The translations under genes and the position numbers were made by a program. From assembly GCA_938084675.1 (NCBI GenBank), contig CALKGM010000012.1:12678-76677 (forward strand): a stretch of DNA of 64,000 nucleotides. Direction: 5' to 3'. Below the pieces are notes generated by a model, which did not search any database, was not told the DNA's origin, and worked only from the letters and a program-made list of their open reading frames with translations. Source of the stretch: Candidatus Poseidoniaceae archaeon. GTDB lineage: Archaea; Thermoplasmatota; Poseidoniia; Poseidoniales; Poseidoniaceae. Shown piece after piece: positions 47,529-57,596 of the stretch. Every line of letters starts with the position of its first letter. Positions within the stretch are counted from its first letter, which is position 1.

Positions 47529-49835
47529 TCATGCGGATGATGCGGTCTCTTCGTCACTCAGTGGTTTGTCTTCTTCGGCTTCTGTTGATGTTTCAGAAAG
47601 GGTGGTGTCATCAGGCTGTGTGTCTTCCGAAATCAAAACTCGGGCGGTTTCTTCTAGCGTAGTGAGGTTGGTAGCAGTGATTCCTGCGGAAGATATTGCG
47701 TAAACATAGTCGCCCATGAAGATGGAACGGCGTATGTTGTATTCGTTCCACCATCGATTGTTTTCATCTTGAGTGTAAAGGTCTGAATGGTCAACTGTCC
47801 CGTAAACGCTGAGGTTTCCGGTCGTTTCATTAACATCAACGAGCATCAACTTTGAGACATACTCATACGACCAATAGTAACGGTTGTTAATTTGATAATC
47901 AATATATCTGTATGTAGAAAGCGGTACGGCGAGGAGTTTCTTCGGTGCCCAATATTGGAACGCCTTGGATTCGTAGGTTGCCTCCGACCACGACCAAACC
48001 CAATCGCTTTCGTTGGTGTTCACCGGTGAAAGTCTGAGGGCAGCATCTTGAGATGGTGCTGTCGGATCTGTGATGTTAAACAGAGAAATTTGCGTTCCCG
48101 ACCAGTCAAGACCAGTGCCGTCCTCATTGGCTGGGCCTAGCCCGATGGTCAACAGGTGATTGCGTGATAACGGGTGGATATAAGTGGAAACTCCTGGGAC
48201 CTTGAGTTCGCCCAAAATAGTGGGCTGGGTCTCATCTGAGACATCGATAACCCAAAGCGGGTCAATTTGTTCAAAGGTTACAATATAGGCTCGGTCGCCA
48301 TCAAACCGTGCACTCCAAATGCGTTCTCCTGGAGCGATTCCATCAACTCGGCCCGCTTCAACTAAAATCTGCTCTTGGGTTTCTACATCCATCGAGCGAA
48401 CAAGCGTCACAAGTTGTGATGACATGGGTTCGGGGTCCTCCATCCACCATCGGGCCCACTGTCCTGACGTGCTAGCGACGCGAAGCACACCTTCGTGCTC
48501 CGACAGTGCGAATTGGTTGACAACTGTCCCATTGATGCGCCCGGAGCCAGTGTAGAGAGTCGCCTCTCCGCTGATATCAAACGTGTGAAGGTTGGTCATC
48601 TCGTTGGCTTCATCATTGCCCCAGAACCACCACCAGTCAAAGGCGCTTTCAGCCAATACGAGGAGGTTTTGAGAGGCGTAGACTTGTGGATAGGTGCCTA
48701 CAATGTGGTCAACTTCAAAGTCAAACTCCGCCGATGACAAATCCAAAGCAAAAATGCTGGATATCCCCCGATTGAATCCCTCGGATGGAGCGACGAAGTC
48801 GGCGCATTGACCATCGGTCATCGTATGGGTTGTCACACTACCATTGCTGTATTCATACACCTGTGGGAGGAGTTCCTCAAGAGTGAGTGTAGAAAGAACT
48901 TCGCGATTTTCCTGTATGGCCTCCCAAGCAACTTTTTGACGTATTTCGGTGCGAAGAGAATCGTCGTAATCTAGATTCCAATAGCCGGCTGGAAGGTCTA
49001 ACCATGTTCGGAGCCCTTGCACGTCCATCCAGGCATGACTAACGGTTCGGACGGTTCCATTGACCTCTCTAGCAGTAATGTAACTTCCTTCGATGTACAG
49101 TTCCCGCTCCACATCAGGGTCGGTGCGGTCAGCCACATCATAAACTGTAAATTTGGTCAGGCTTGAAGTTCTCCAATTGCCATATTCTCCATCCCATCCC
49201 ATTTCATCAATCACCGGACTGCTTCGTGAAAGACTCCACGGACTTAACGTTGAAATTACAACCAATTGGTCGCCGTCCAGCATCATGGCTTGAGGGGTTC
49301 CTTCTACGGTTGTGTTTGAGAGGTCGGTGATTTGTCCAAATTCAGGGACTCCAAAGATGTGCAGTTTTTGACCTTGAAGATAGTAAATGTTGTAGCCGTC
49401 GGTTTTGACAAAGTCTGCCTCATCGACGCCTGACTCTTGGTTATTCGTTCCTGAGAAATCCTCCCCCTCAACCAACTTTGGAGCAGTGCGGGGTTGGGCT
49501 GCAGCGCCTCCTTCAGCACCGCTTGCAGTGTCTGAAACCATTTCCATGTCATCTTCCAACCACATGCCGCCGCCATAGTAGTATTCCTCGGCTGCCGCTT
49601 GCAAAAGTTGTATTCTGTATTCTTCTTCAAGCGAAGATTTCAGAGATTGTTCAAGGTCCTCACAGTCGTCATAACCTTGCAATTGCGGCGAACCAATGCT
49701 CCGGGCTGGGATGTCAGACCAATCATTAGGAAGCTCAACATCCGGAACTTCTACACTTGGTTCAATAGCATTGAGACAACCTGCCCCGAAGAACAGCAGC
49801 AGCATCATTACGGCAAGCATTTGCTTTGAGTGCAT
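47529..49835 (-). CDS. secreted beta-propeller domain lipoprotein (Beta_propel / PF09826-like)
   Basis: Lipobox GAGC; FSGTNNQESGVDEADFVKTDG, NQFALSE..G.LRVA, GERIWSARF, TFEQIDPL, GELKVPGVSTYIHP; start at 49835 preferred. Confidence 0.9.
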   Translation of the reverse strand: MHSKQMLAVMMLLLFFGAGCLNAIEPSVEVPDVELPNDWSDIPARSIGSPQLQGYDDCEDLEQSLKSSLEEEYRIQLLQAAAEEYYYGGGMWLEDDMEMVSDTASGAEGGAAAQPRTAPKLVEGEDFSGTNNQESGVDEADFVKTDGYNIYYLQGQKLHIFGVPEFGQITDLSNTTVEGTPQAMMLDGDQLVVISTLSPWSLSRSSPVIDEMGWDGEYGNWRTSSLTKFTVYDVADRTDPDVERELYIEGSYITAREVNGTVRTVSHAWMDVQGLRTWLDLPAGYWNLDYDDSLRTEIRQKVAWEAIQENREVLSTLTLEELLPQVYEYSNGSVTTHTMTDGQCADFVAPSEGFNRGISSIFALDLSSAEFDFEVDHIVGTYPQVYASQNLLVLAESAFDWWWFWGNDEANEMTNLHTFDISGEATLYTGSGRINGTVVNQFALSEHEGVLRVASTSGQWARWWMEDPEPMSSQLVTLVRSMDVETQEQILVEAGRVDGIAPGERIWSARFDGDRAYIVTFEQIDPLWVIDVSDETQPTILGELKVPGVSTYIHPLSRNHLLTIGLGPANEDGTGLDWSGTQISLFNITDPTAPSQDAALRLSPVNTNESDWVWSWSEATYESKAFQYWAPKKLLAVPLSTYRYIDYQINNRYYWSYEYVSKLMLVDVNETTGNLSVYGTVDHSDLYTQDENNRWWNEYNIRRSIFMGDYVYAISSAGITATNLTTLEETARVLISEDTQPDDTTLSETSTEAEEDKPLSDEETASSA

Positions 49836-49896
49836 GTCTACAACCAGGGACCGGCTGGTTATCAAAGACTTGGTGAGTTGATTTGACAAATATGTA

Positions 49897-50778
49897 TTAA
49901 TTGCTAATCGGCGAGGTTTTGCTACTCGCTAGAGCCTCAGAACCCAATGTAGAAATGGCCCATGGGGCCCGTTTACGAGAGGTGATTGGGAAAATATATT
50001 CTGATCGTTTTAGTTCGGTTATATGGTGATGAAGGAGTTGTCGGGATATGCCCAACTGTGAGGTGATTTCCTTGTTTGACAGTCCTAACGAACCTGCATT
50101 TGATAGTACTTCTAGTACTGCCAGTCGGGTCCCTACTACAGTGGTTTTTATTTTCAGGATGCTGTCTTCTGGAGTGCCTTTTGATGCATATCGGCGGAGT
50201 TTTCCATCGCGCCATGAAATGATTTTTTCCGAAGATTCAAGAGATTGAAGATGGTGTGCTGTCACTCCATTTGCTAAATCTAATGCATCGCGTAAAGCAG
50301 AGAAGTGAATTCCAGCATTCGCTTCAATAAATCCTAGAATCCGACCCTTTGTCATGTCATTTGTCGAATGCCTACGGGCAAGAAGTGGAGTCACGAAAGC
50401 CATTAAGAGAAGAATATGAATTGACTCGGAGAATAACGAACCTATGATGAGCGTGGACAGAAATGTTGCCCCGGCGTAAAGAGTGGTTCGCCCCTGGTTC
50501 GGTGCTGGGTCAAAATCAGCTTCATTTGTATCAGGGTCAGGAGGCAGGCGTACGTATGCGTCCTCCTCTGTATTTTTGACGGCTTCCTCATCAGCCGCTT
50601 CCTCATCGGACGTTTCTTCATTTGACGCCCCTTCATCCGCGTCAGCGAGACTGTCGGATGAGTTTGGGGGTTCTTCATGATTCGTTGACGAGGCGTATTG
50701 TACAGATTGGACGGTCCCGTGAACGATAAGCGCCAGGGCGAAAAACGTCAACAGGCGGACAAATTGAACCGATTTCAC
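49897..50778 (-). CDS. membrane-anchored double winged-helix transcriptional regulator
   Basis: Signal peptide plus TM region, then RILGFIEANAGIHFSALRDAL....GV..HHL..LE and a second HTH LSNKEI...LGISRQLL.HHI..L. Confidence 0.8.
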   Translation of the reverse strand: MKSVQFVRLLTFFALALIVHGTVQSVQYASSTNHEEPPNSSDSLADADEGASNEETSDEEAADEEAVKNTEEDAYVRLPPDPDTNEADFDPAPNQGRTTLYAGATFLSTLIIGSLFSESIHILLLMAFVTPLLARRHSTNDMTKGRILGFIEANAGIHFSALRDALDLANGVTAHHLQSLESSEKIISWRDGKLRRYASKGTPEDSILKIKTTVVGTRLAVLEVLSNAGSLGLSNKEITSQLGISRQLLHHHITELKRSEYIFPITSRKRAPWAISTLGSEALASSKTSPISN

Positions 50779-50836
50779 GCCATCCTCATCATACGCGTGG
50801 ATATGAATGAAATGGTAAATTGATTTTACAAGCCGG

Positions 50837-51496
50837 TCACAATAGGGTCATAGCGGCATAACCAGCTGTTCCCAAAATGATGAGAATGAGAATGCTGCGT
50901 TTCAACCAACTCTTCTTTTTCTTAGACGGGGCTGATTCCGCGATGAGAATTTCAGGCAACAAAAGGTCGGGAAGTGCCGCTCCCGGCAAGGGGAGAGTTA
51001 GTTCTGGAAGGGCGGGCATTAATGCTCCCTCATCCGCTTCAACCTTAACACGGTCTTCGGGATAGAGGGCGTCCAGGTCTTCTAAGCCCGGTGCGTCGGG
51101 GATGGTTCCGATGATTTTATTCCATGATGATTCCAATGTCCCGCTGGATATCGGCTTTTGGAGCCACGTAACTGCTCCAGCAGAAAACGATGCATTGCGG
51201 GCAAGTTCGGCCATCCGGCTCGGAGCGACGAAAACAATGCGCTGTTCTCCTCCATGCTCCCGCATTTCTAATGCTGCGAGATGGCCGTCAAGCGAGGGGA
51301 GGTCAAGTGAGAGAACTACAAGTTCAGGGTCAAGGCGAATGTATTCATCAACGGCTTTATCGCCGTCTTCACAAACTTCAATCTTGAAATTTTTGGCCTT
51401 GAAAAGGTTGGTGAGGCGCATTGATGACATCGGATTGTTGTCAACAATGAGGACGGTTGGGGCCGCATCATCGTTAGCGTCGGTAACAAGGCCCAT
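50837..51496 (-). CDS. atypical response-regulator receiver domain protein with a C-terminal TM anchor
   Basis: VLIVDNN, DG..AV..Y....PELVVLSLDLP.LDG, AGA..WL.KP; phosphoacceptor Asp replaced by Ser; KKKK followed by a terminal TM. Confidence 0.8.
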   Translation of the reverse strand: MGLVTDANDDAAPTVLIVDNNPMSSMRLTNLFKAKNFKIEVCEDGDKAVDEYIRLDPELVVLSLDLPSLDGHLAALEMREHGGEQRIVFVAPSRMAELARNASFSAGAVTWLQKPISSGTLESSWNKIIGTIPDAPGLEDLDALYPEDRVKVEADEGALMPALPELTLPLPGAALPDLLLPEILIAESAPSKKKKSWLKRSILILIILGTAGYAAMTLL

Positions 51497-51540
51497 ACCA
51501 ATCAAAGCATCGCACAGAGTTCTTCCACATCAAACAACCG

Positions 51541-51921
51541 CTATTCTTCTTCTCCAGAGGCTGATGTTGACAGATCCTCAACAGGGCCGTCTTGTGGTTG
51601 GCTAAATGTTTCTCGGATGACTTCGCTCTGTGCTTGTTCTTCTTGCCGCTTGCGATGAAGTTGTGGTGCTTTAGTAAAGTGCATTTGTAAATCGCTGATG
51701 ACCGTCCGAAGCATTTGTGTTTCTTGTGATGTCAAATTCCCTTCTGTCTTTTTCTGAAACATTCGTAGAACTTCGATTCCTTCTTTGGCCTCAAGAAGGT
51801 TGTAGTGAAAGGCATGGTCTTGGTCGGGTAAATAGCCCATATGAAGCATGGTTGAGCGTTGTAACATCTGTACGATTTGGAAAAAGCGAGCCGAGTCTTC
51901 GTCTGCAAACATATCCGCCAT
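51541..51921 (-). CDS. DUF1844-like protein
   Basis: M.HMG..P......NL.EAK..I..L.M..KKTEGNLT..E..ML..VISDLQM.F. Confidence 0.8.
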   Translation of the reverse strand: MADMFADEDSARFFQIVQMLQRSTMLHMGYLPDQDHAFHYNLLEAKEGIEVLRMFQKKTEGNLTSQETQMLRTVISDLQMHFTKAPQLHRKRQEEQAQSEVIRETFSQPQDGPVEDLSTSASGEEE

Positions 51922-51958
51922 GGGCTAACCAAGGGTTGGGGGTTTTTCTCCTTCTCGC

Positions 51959-53347
51959 TCATTCAAACAACTGGTCGAGCAGCCATTGCGGTTCGAATTG
52001 AAGGAGGTCGTCGTAGCCTTGACCAACACCTGCAAAGACGATTGGTCGGCCAGTAGCGTAGGCGATTGAGAGTCCCGCGCCCCCTTTTGCATCGGTATCC
52101 ATTTTGGTTAATACTGCCCCGTCAAAGCGCATGATTTCTTGAAACATCTTAGCTTGCTCAACCGCATCATTGCCTGCAAGTGAATCGCCAACAAAGAGGG
52201 TTAAGTGAGGATTGGTCACCTTGCGGACCTTGTTGAGTTCGTTCATCAGGTTTGTTTTGTTCTGCATTCGCCCGGCTGTATCAACCAAGACAACGTCGAT
52301 GTCTCTGGCTTTAGCGGAATCGATGGCATCACGAGCAATCGCAGCAGAGTCGCCGCCTCGCTGACTCGAAATACACCGAATACCCAGGTTATCACAGTGA
52401 GATTCCAATTGCTGGATGGCTCCAGCCCTGAATGTATCACCTGCTGCTGCAATCACACTGATGTTGTTGTTCAAGAGGCGTTGTGCAATTTTCGCAGCGG
52501 TTGTTGTCTTACCGGTCCCGTTTACGCCGACCATCATGATGACGACGGGGGTGTCTCCGGCCTCGATAAACGCTTTGACCGAGGCGTCAAAATCCCAATA
52601 GCCGGCTTCCAAGAGGCCATGGAGGGTACGTTTGAGGGCAGCCTCGAGAACCTTTGGCAGTTCTGCACCTTTTCTCAAACGTGATCCGATGAGGGCAGTG
52701 CGTAGACTGGAGATGAGGGCGGATGTTGCATGCTGGGAAATATCGGATTCAAGAAGAACCCATTCTAATTCTTCAAGAAGGTTGTCAAGTGCAGCACTTG
52801 GCTTGATAATACGCCCTCCTTCATTGACTACACCACCACCGAGTTCAATGTCAAGAGTGGTGCCGGCTTCCGTTTCCAATTTTGCCGTTTTTGATGAGCC
52901 CTTTGGGTCTTGTTTAACCTTGACAAGTTGGCGGCCGGTTGTGGTTCTCATCATGGTCAAATCAACTTTGGAACCTCTTGGCCGTGCGACATCAACGGCA
53001 CCTCGCTTTTTCATGTCTTTAGCAACCTTCGCTGCTATCTTTTTACGCTCTTTTTCTTGGCGTTCAAGGAATTTGCGTTCTTTCTTCGTTAACACGATTG
53101 GAGCGGTAGGTTCGTCGTCGTCCCATTCATCCCAATCCTCGTCCGAAGAAGATGTGGTTTGGGCTACTTCCTCGGTTTCTTCAATCGCCTCCAAATCATC
53201 CCAATCTTCTGTTGGCGTGGATGGTTCTGTTGGCGTGTTGAGAAGTTCTTTGGCTTCTACTGAGTTTGCATCAGCAGACAGAGCTTGCTCGTCAACATCA
53301 CTGGCAACTTCACGAACTCGACGTCGAAATTTATCAAACAATCCCAT
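51959..53347 (-). CDS. ftsY: signal recognition particle receptor FtsY
   Basis: Acidic N-domain; GVNGTGKTTT, DTFRAGAI.QL, DTAGR, TKMD.DAKGG, G.GQGYDDL. Confidence 0.96.
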   Translation of the reverse strand: MGLFDKFRRRVREVASDVDEQALSADANSVEAKELLNTPTEPSTPTEDWDDLEAIEETEEVAQTTSSSDEDWDEWDDDEPTAPIVLTKKERKFLERQEKERKKIAAKVAKDMKKRGAVDVARPRGSKVDLTMMRTTTGRQLVKVKQDPKGSSKTAKLETEAGTTLDIELGGGVVNEGGRIIKPSAALDNLLEELEWVLLESDISQHATSALISSLRTALIGSRLRKGAELPKVLEAALKRTLHGLLEAGYWDFDASVKAFIEAGDTPVVIMMVGVNGTGKTTTAAKIAQRLLNNNISVIAAAGDTFRAGAIQQLESHCDNLGIRCISSQRGGDSAAIARDAIDSAKARDIDVVLVDTAGRMQNKTNLMNELNKVRKVTNPHLTLFVGDSLAGNDAVEQAKMFQEIMRFDGAVLTKMDTDAKGGAGLSIAYATGRPIVFAGVGQGYDDLLQFEPQWLLDQLFE

Positions 53348-53356
53348 CCAATCACC

Positions 53357-53920
53357 TCAGTCGTCCAATGTTAAATCGCTTCCAAACATTCCCCGTTTCC
53401 GACCCTTGCGAGCAGGCTTAGCCGGTTCCGGCTCTGGTTCAGATGCTGTTTGTTGTGGAAGGGTTTTGGCTTCCGCTTGTGGAGCGGTGAGGGATTGGAG
53501 TTGTTCGGCTGCAGTATTGAATGCCTGAGCAACTTGAGCGAGATTGGTTTCTGTTTGTTCGGCTTGACCTTGAAGTTCGTCCCGCAGGTGTTGGATGTCG
53601 CTTTCTCGCTCGAGAGTTATAGCGTGAGCATCTGACCAGTGGCGCTCACCAAAAACACCAGCTCCCAAATCAACGAGGGCGATGCCTTCTTCGCTTCCTT
53701 GATGGCGGTAATGGAGACTCACGCCCGAACCGATTGATACATGACTTGATGCGTTATTTGGGTCTTCGTGAGCCATTAATGCCTGGAGGGCCCCGGCTGT
53801 AATCTTATGCTCGGACAACACCGCATCCACTTGTTCTATGCGAAGATGAATTTCATCGAGGCGTTTGCGCAAGGCCTCAACGTCTCTCGCCATACGCTGT
53901 AATTGGGTGCGGTCTACCAT
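53357..53920 (-). CDS. pfdA: prefoldin alpha subunit
   Basis: Coiled coil - beta hairpins (VSIGSG, LVDLGAGVFGE) - coiled coil; conserved LX-pfdA-ftsY synteny. Confidence 0.85.
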   Translation of the reverse strand: MVDRTQLQRMARDVEALRKRLDEIHLRIEQVDAVLSEHKITAGALQALMAHEDPNNASSHVSIGSGVSLHYRHQGSEEGIALVDLGAGVFGERHWSDAHAITLERESDIQHLRDELQGQAEQTETNLAQVAQAFNTAAEQLQSLTAPQAEAKTLPQQTASEPEPEPAKPARKGRKRGMFGSDLTLDD

Positions 53921-53973
53921 CGGGCTCAACCCTTCCATTCACTAGGAGTTGAAGAAGGCGACGACCGGAGAAT

Positions 53974-54246
53974 TCACTCTTCTTCTCTAACGGCAGTAAT
54001 GAGGCCGCCTTGAGCTGCAATTTGCTCTCGGAATGCATGAAGGACATGAGGCTCAGTAGAGGTTCTTGGGTCTATTTCTGACACATCAGCAATAGCGATT
54101 GTTCGTCGCTTTGCACGGTGGCGTGAACCAAGAATGGAGTATGTTTTGTCGGTTGCTTGTTCGGCATTTTCTGCGGTAAAGTCGTAAGAAAACTCTTGTC
54201 GTTGGCTACCAAAAGGTGCCGTCCCTGTCACTCGATAGGCCTTCAT
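53974..54246 (-). CDS. rplX: 50S ribosomal protein LX / L18a (eL20)
   Basis: MKAYRVTG...F.....AEN...A....YS.LGSRHR.KR..I.I..V.EI. Confidence 0.93.
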   Translation of the reverse strand: MKAYRVTGTAPFGSQRQEFSYDFTAENAEQATDKTYSILGSRHRAKRRTIAIADVSEIDPRTSTEPHVLHAFREQIAAQGGLITAVREEE

Positions 54247-54344
54247 CGGGCCGTCCGACTTGCCATCCATCCTTAAACGCGCTGGCGCGAATTGAGCAAA
54301 CGAGCAACCGCAAGATTGAGACAAAAAGGAATGCTCGGGGTGTT

Positions 54345-57300
54345 ATGTCGAAGGCCTGGGCGATGATTGTTCTGGCCTTCATGCCGCTGGTTTCGGGGAT
54401 ATATGCCCCCCCAGCGGAACCCGAATTACCAGCGGCTATGATGGGGAACGAGCGGTTGTTGGTGCTTGAGAGCGGCGTGTGGGATTCCGACGGCTGGCTG
54501 GAGTTAACTGAATACGGTTTGACTCCCCTCCGAGTTGTGGATCAGCAATCGCTTCTTGTATGGGCCCCATATGGTGCTTCTTTACCGGCTAACTATGACA
54601 TCAAATCCTACAGAGATGCGGTTTGGAAGCCGGGCATTGAAACACAAGCAGCACAAGTTGGAGATTGGGTTCGTGTTGTTTACGAGCCGCGGCTTCCGGT
54701 TGATGTTAAGTTGAGTATTGCTGATTCTTTTGCCGCCCAAGGTGGCTTCTTGGCAGAACGAAATGTTGGGCCGCTTCTCTCAATACCTACCTTCACCAAT
54801 GTTCTCATTCAAGATATGAAGTTCATTGACGCGGCCTTGACTATTGAGGGAGTGCTGTGGATTGAACCTGTGTTAAACACAGAAGGGCGGAACGGAGTGA
54901 GTGCTTCGATTCACGAGCACGGCCTACTCACCGACCATCCCTTTTGGGAACTCGGTTTGAACGGGAGTGGAGTGACATTGGGTATCGCAGATAGCGGCCT
55001 AGATGCTGATCATGCTTGTTTCCGAAACGCCACCAGTGGGACAAGTGTGTTTGCGGAACCTTCTGCGGAATATCCCGCAGTTGGGATTTTTGGCGACCAG
55101 CATCGGAAAGTTCTACTTCTCAACACAACAATAGATGAAAACGACACTCCCGGAGATGAAGACTATCGACACGGGACACATGTCGCTGGAACGTTGGTGT
55201 GTTTTGATGTCTCTAGCGAAAGAGATGGTACGGTTCCTGCTAACGGTTCGGCTCTTGCACACGGTTCAAAACTTCTGATGCAGGATATCGTGTCTTCTGA
55301 CGGTTGGGTGCCGCCAAACGTTGACGATTTGCTCTACGAATCCTCCGCCCAAGGAGCATTCATTCATTCAAATTCATGGGGAGACGCTACTACTGCTTAC
55401 ACTCAACGAACTGCGGCATTTGATGGATTTGCTAAAGCGATGCCTTGGTCGGTTGCATTCATCGCCCCTGGCAATTCGGGCGCAGGAATTCTTGAACCCG
55501 CCAACGGACGTAATGTGATTTCTATCAGTGCAACAACGAAGGCCGTTGACGCTGAGGTATGGGGCTCTTCTTCCTACGGCCCTACGGAAGCCGGTACAGA
55601 TGGAGTGTTCATGCTGGCAACGGGCGGAAGTGTACAATCAGCCGCGGCAGATGGCGACTGGTCTTCCAACAATTTCAACCTCCGCTCATCATCGGGGACG
55701 AGCATGGCAACGCCTGCGGCGGCCGGTGCCGCTGGAATACTTCAGCAGATGTATCAAGACGGTTGGTTGACTGGTTCCTTCGAAAACCAACATGCAGTTC
55801 CCCTATCTGCCCTGCAACCACCTTGGGCTGAGGGGGGGCCAAACAACACAACACTGCTCCTTGGACCCGGCTTTACGCCGTCTGGTTCGCTCATGCGGGC
55901 TACCCTCGCACTCGCCGCAACCCCACTAAGTCAAGATGAACGAAGTGGCGGGAATGGAGGGCATGATTTGCATAATCCACACGATGGGTGGGGTCGTTTG
56001 AATCTCAGTGAAGTGTTTAATCCGTCAAGTATCATGGATGGTGGAATGGTTTCACCTCTGGACAACGTGTGGGTTCACGACAGTTATCGTCTTACAAATT
56101 CCAACCCGGTGGAATGGATGGAAGTCTACGGTGGGCAGCAAAGTAACCTCTCTGGGTTTTCAGAACTTTCGTGGGATGGAACAGGAGCTGTTGGTCCGTT
56201 TCTTAAGACCGGCGAGCGATTCCAACAACGTTTCTCTCCGCTCGCAGATACCGATGTTGCCATTCGTTTGGCCTACCCTGCTCAACCCGAACCCTCGGTA
56301 GTTGACGACCTACAAATTCGGATAACGTTCCCGGATGGCACTGTTGTGGTCCCAGATCGTTTGCACGCCGACGGAACTCCGACCGAATTCAACGGAACCG
56401 TCGCTGATTTTGACAATCTGGATTCATTTCCTGGAAGCAATGAAACAACCTTTGGAATCAACCTTCCAAAGGAATTACTTGAGCAGCATTCATACTTCGA
56501 CGTAGAGGTTGTGGCACGCTATGTTGCGCCTGGTGGCGAGGCGGGGGCTGTCGGCCTCAATGGCGACCGCATCGGGTTTGGGTTGATTGTCCAAGGCGTA
56601 GACAGAGACGGAGAGGACCACCTCGATGGGGATGGGGACGGCGTGACAAACATGAACGACTTGTGTCCGAATGAAAATGCAATTGGAAACGATATTGATG
56701 GAGACGGGTGTCTCGATGATGACGATGGAGATGGAGTTGTAAGCCCGTATGACGATTGCCCTGATATTGATGCATCTGGATATGATGTAAACAACGACGG
56801 GTGTATTGATGACTCCGATGGAGACGGTGTGCTGGATGATGAAGATGAATGTTACACAGAAGAAGATTCTTGGCCGGTTATGTCAAATGGATGTTACCCT
56901 CTTGACCAGCCCCCTATCATCCAACTCATGAGCATTCCCGAAAATGGAACGGCTTGGGTTGACCTCTTCTCTATGGAATGGGGCGTGAGTGATCTGGATG
57001 GAGATGGTTATCGTTCCGGTGCCCAGCTGATTTATTCAAACAATTCAAATTACAGCATCACGGACTGTCAATACCAACATACCGCTAATCAGACCATGAA
57101 GTGTGTTTGGGATAATCCGGATGACCTTCCCTTACAGTATTTTGACGAGGGGTTATTCGTTCTCCAAATATTTGTTCAGACCACCAATAAATCTCCTGCA
57201 GCCTATGGAGAAATTATTGTTGTCAATACTACTATGAACATCACCATTGAACGCTTAATTTTGGGTGAGAAGGCGGATACGGCGCCGGTCCTAATCATTA

Positions 57301-57473
57301 CAAAATCCTCTCCTCCATTACTTCGGTGGGCGTTGATTGGAACGTTGCTCGCTGCAATCACCAGTTTTTGGTGGGCAAAACGGCAACTGAGATACGAAGC
57401 GGAGGGAGAAGTTTCGGCACCATTTGCCCAAACAGAAAAAGGTAGAGAGATTTTCCAAGAACAAGAAGAGTAA
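54345..57473 (+). CDS. membrane-anchored extracellular S8 subtilisin-like serine peptidase with TSP3 repeats
   Basis: Catalytic motifs IADSGLD, HGTHVAG, SGTSMATP; HSNSWG; DGDGDG / D.CP repeats; C-terminal TM; start MSKAW at 54345. Confidence 0.93.
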   Translation: MSKAWAMIVLAFMPLVSGIYAPPAEPELPAAMMGNERLLVLESGVWDSDGWLELTEYGLTPLRVVDQQSLLVWAPYGASLPANYDIKSYRDAVWKPGIETQAAQVGDWVRVVYEPRLPVDVKLSIADSFAAQGGFLAERNVGPLLSIPTFTNVLIQDMKFIDAALTIEGVLWIEPVLNTEGRNGVSASIHEHGLLTDHPFWELGLNGSGVTLGIADSGLDADHACFRNATSGTSVFAEPSAEYPAVGIFGDQHRKVLLLNTTIDENDTPGDEDYRHGTHVAGTLVCFDVSSERDGTVPANGSALAHGSKLLMQDIVSSDGWVPPNVDDLLYESSAQGAFIHSNSWGDATTAYTQRTAAFDGFAKAMPWSVAFIAPGNSGAGILEPANGRNVISISATTKAVDAEVWGSSSYGPTEAGTDGVFMLATGGSVQSAAADGDWSSNNFNLRSSSGTSMATPAAAGAAGILQQMYQDGWLTGSFENQHAVPLSALQPPWAEGGPNNTTLLLGPGFTPSGSLMRATLALAATPLSQDERSGGNGGHDLHNPHDGWGRLNLSEVFNPSSIMDGGMVSPLDNVWVHDSYRLTNSNPVEWMEVYGGQQSNLSGFSELSWDGTGAVGPFLKTGERFQQRFSPLADTDVAIRLAYPAQPEPSVVDDLQIRITFPDGTVVVPDRLHADGTPTEFNGTVADFDNLDSFPGSNETTFGINLPKELLEQHSYFDVEVVARYVAPGGEAGAVGLNGDRIGFGLIVQGVDRDGEDHLDGDGDGVTNMNDLCPNENAIGNDIDGDGCLDDDDGDGVVSPYDDCPDIDASGYDVNNDGCIDDSDGDGVLDDEDECYTEEDSWPVMSNGCYPLDQPPIIQLMSIPENGTAWVDLFSMEWGVSDLDGDGYRSGAQLIYSNNSNYSITDCQYQHTANQTMKCVWDNPDDLPLQYFDEGLFVLQIFVQTTNKSPAAYGEIIVVNTTMNITIERLILGEKADTAPVLIITKSSPPLLRWALIGTLLAAITSFWWAKRQLRYEAEGEVSAPFAQTEKGREIFQEQEE

Positions 57474-57596
57474 ACAAGGCACTGCTCTTCGCTTCTAACT
57501 ATGAAAGGTGTTCATTCCAACCCAATTTCACAAGGTGAACCTTGAAGGTTGGTGGCATACTCGGAGGTATGTCCGCAAGTCGGAAGGTGAACAAAA

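Noticed and set aside
52632-53528. 298-aa + strand ORF and similar antisense ORFs (7979-8887, 34237-34842)
   Set aside because: Antisense shadows of well-supported genes, with no motifs of their own
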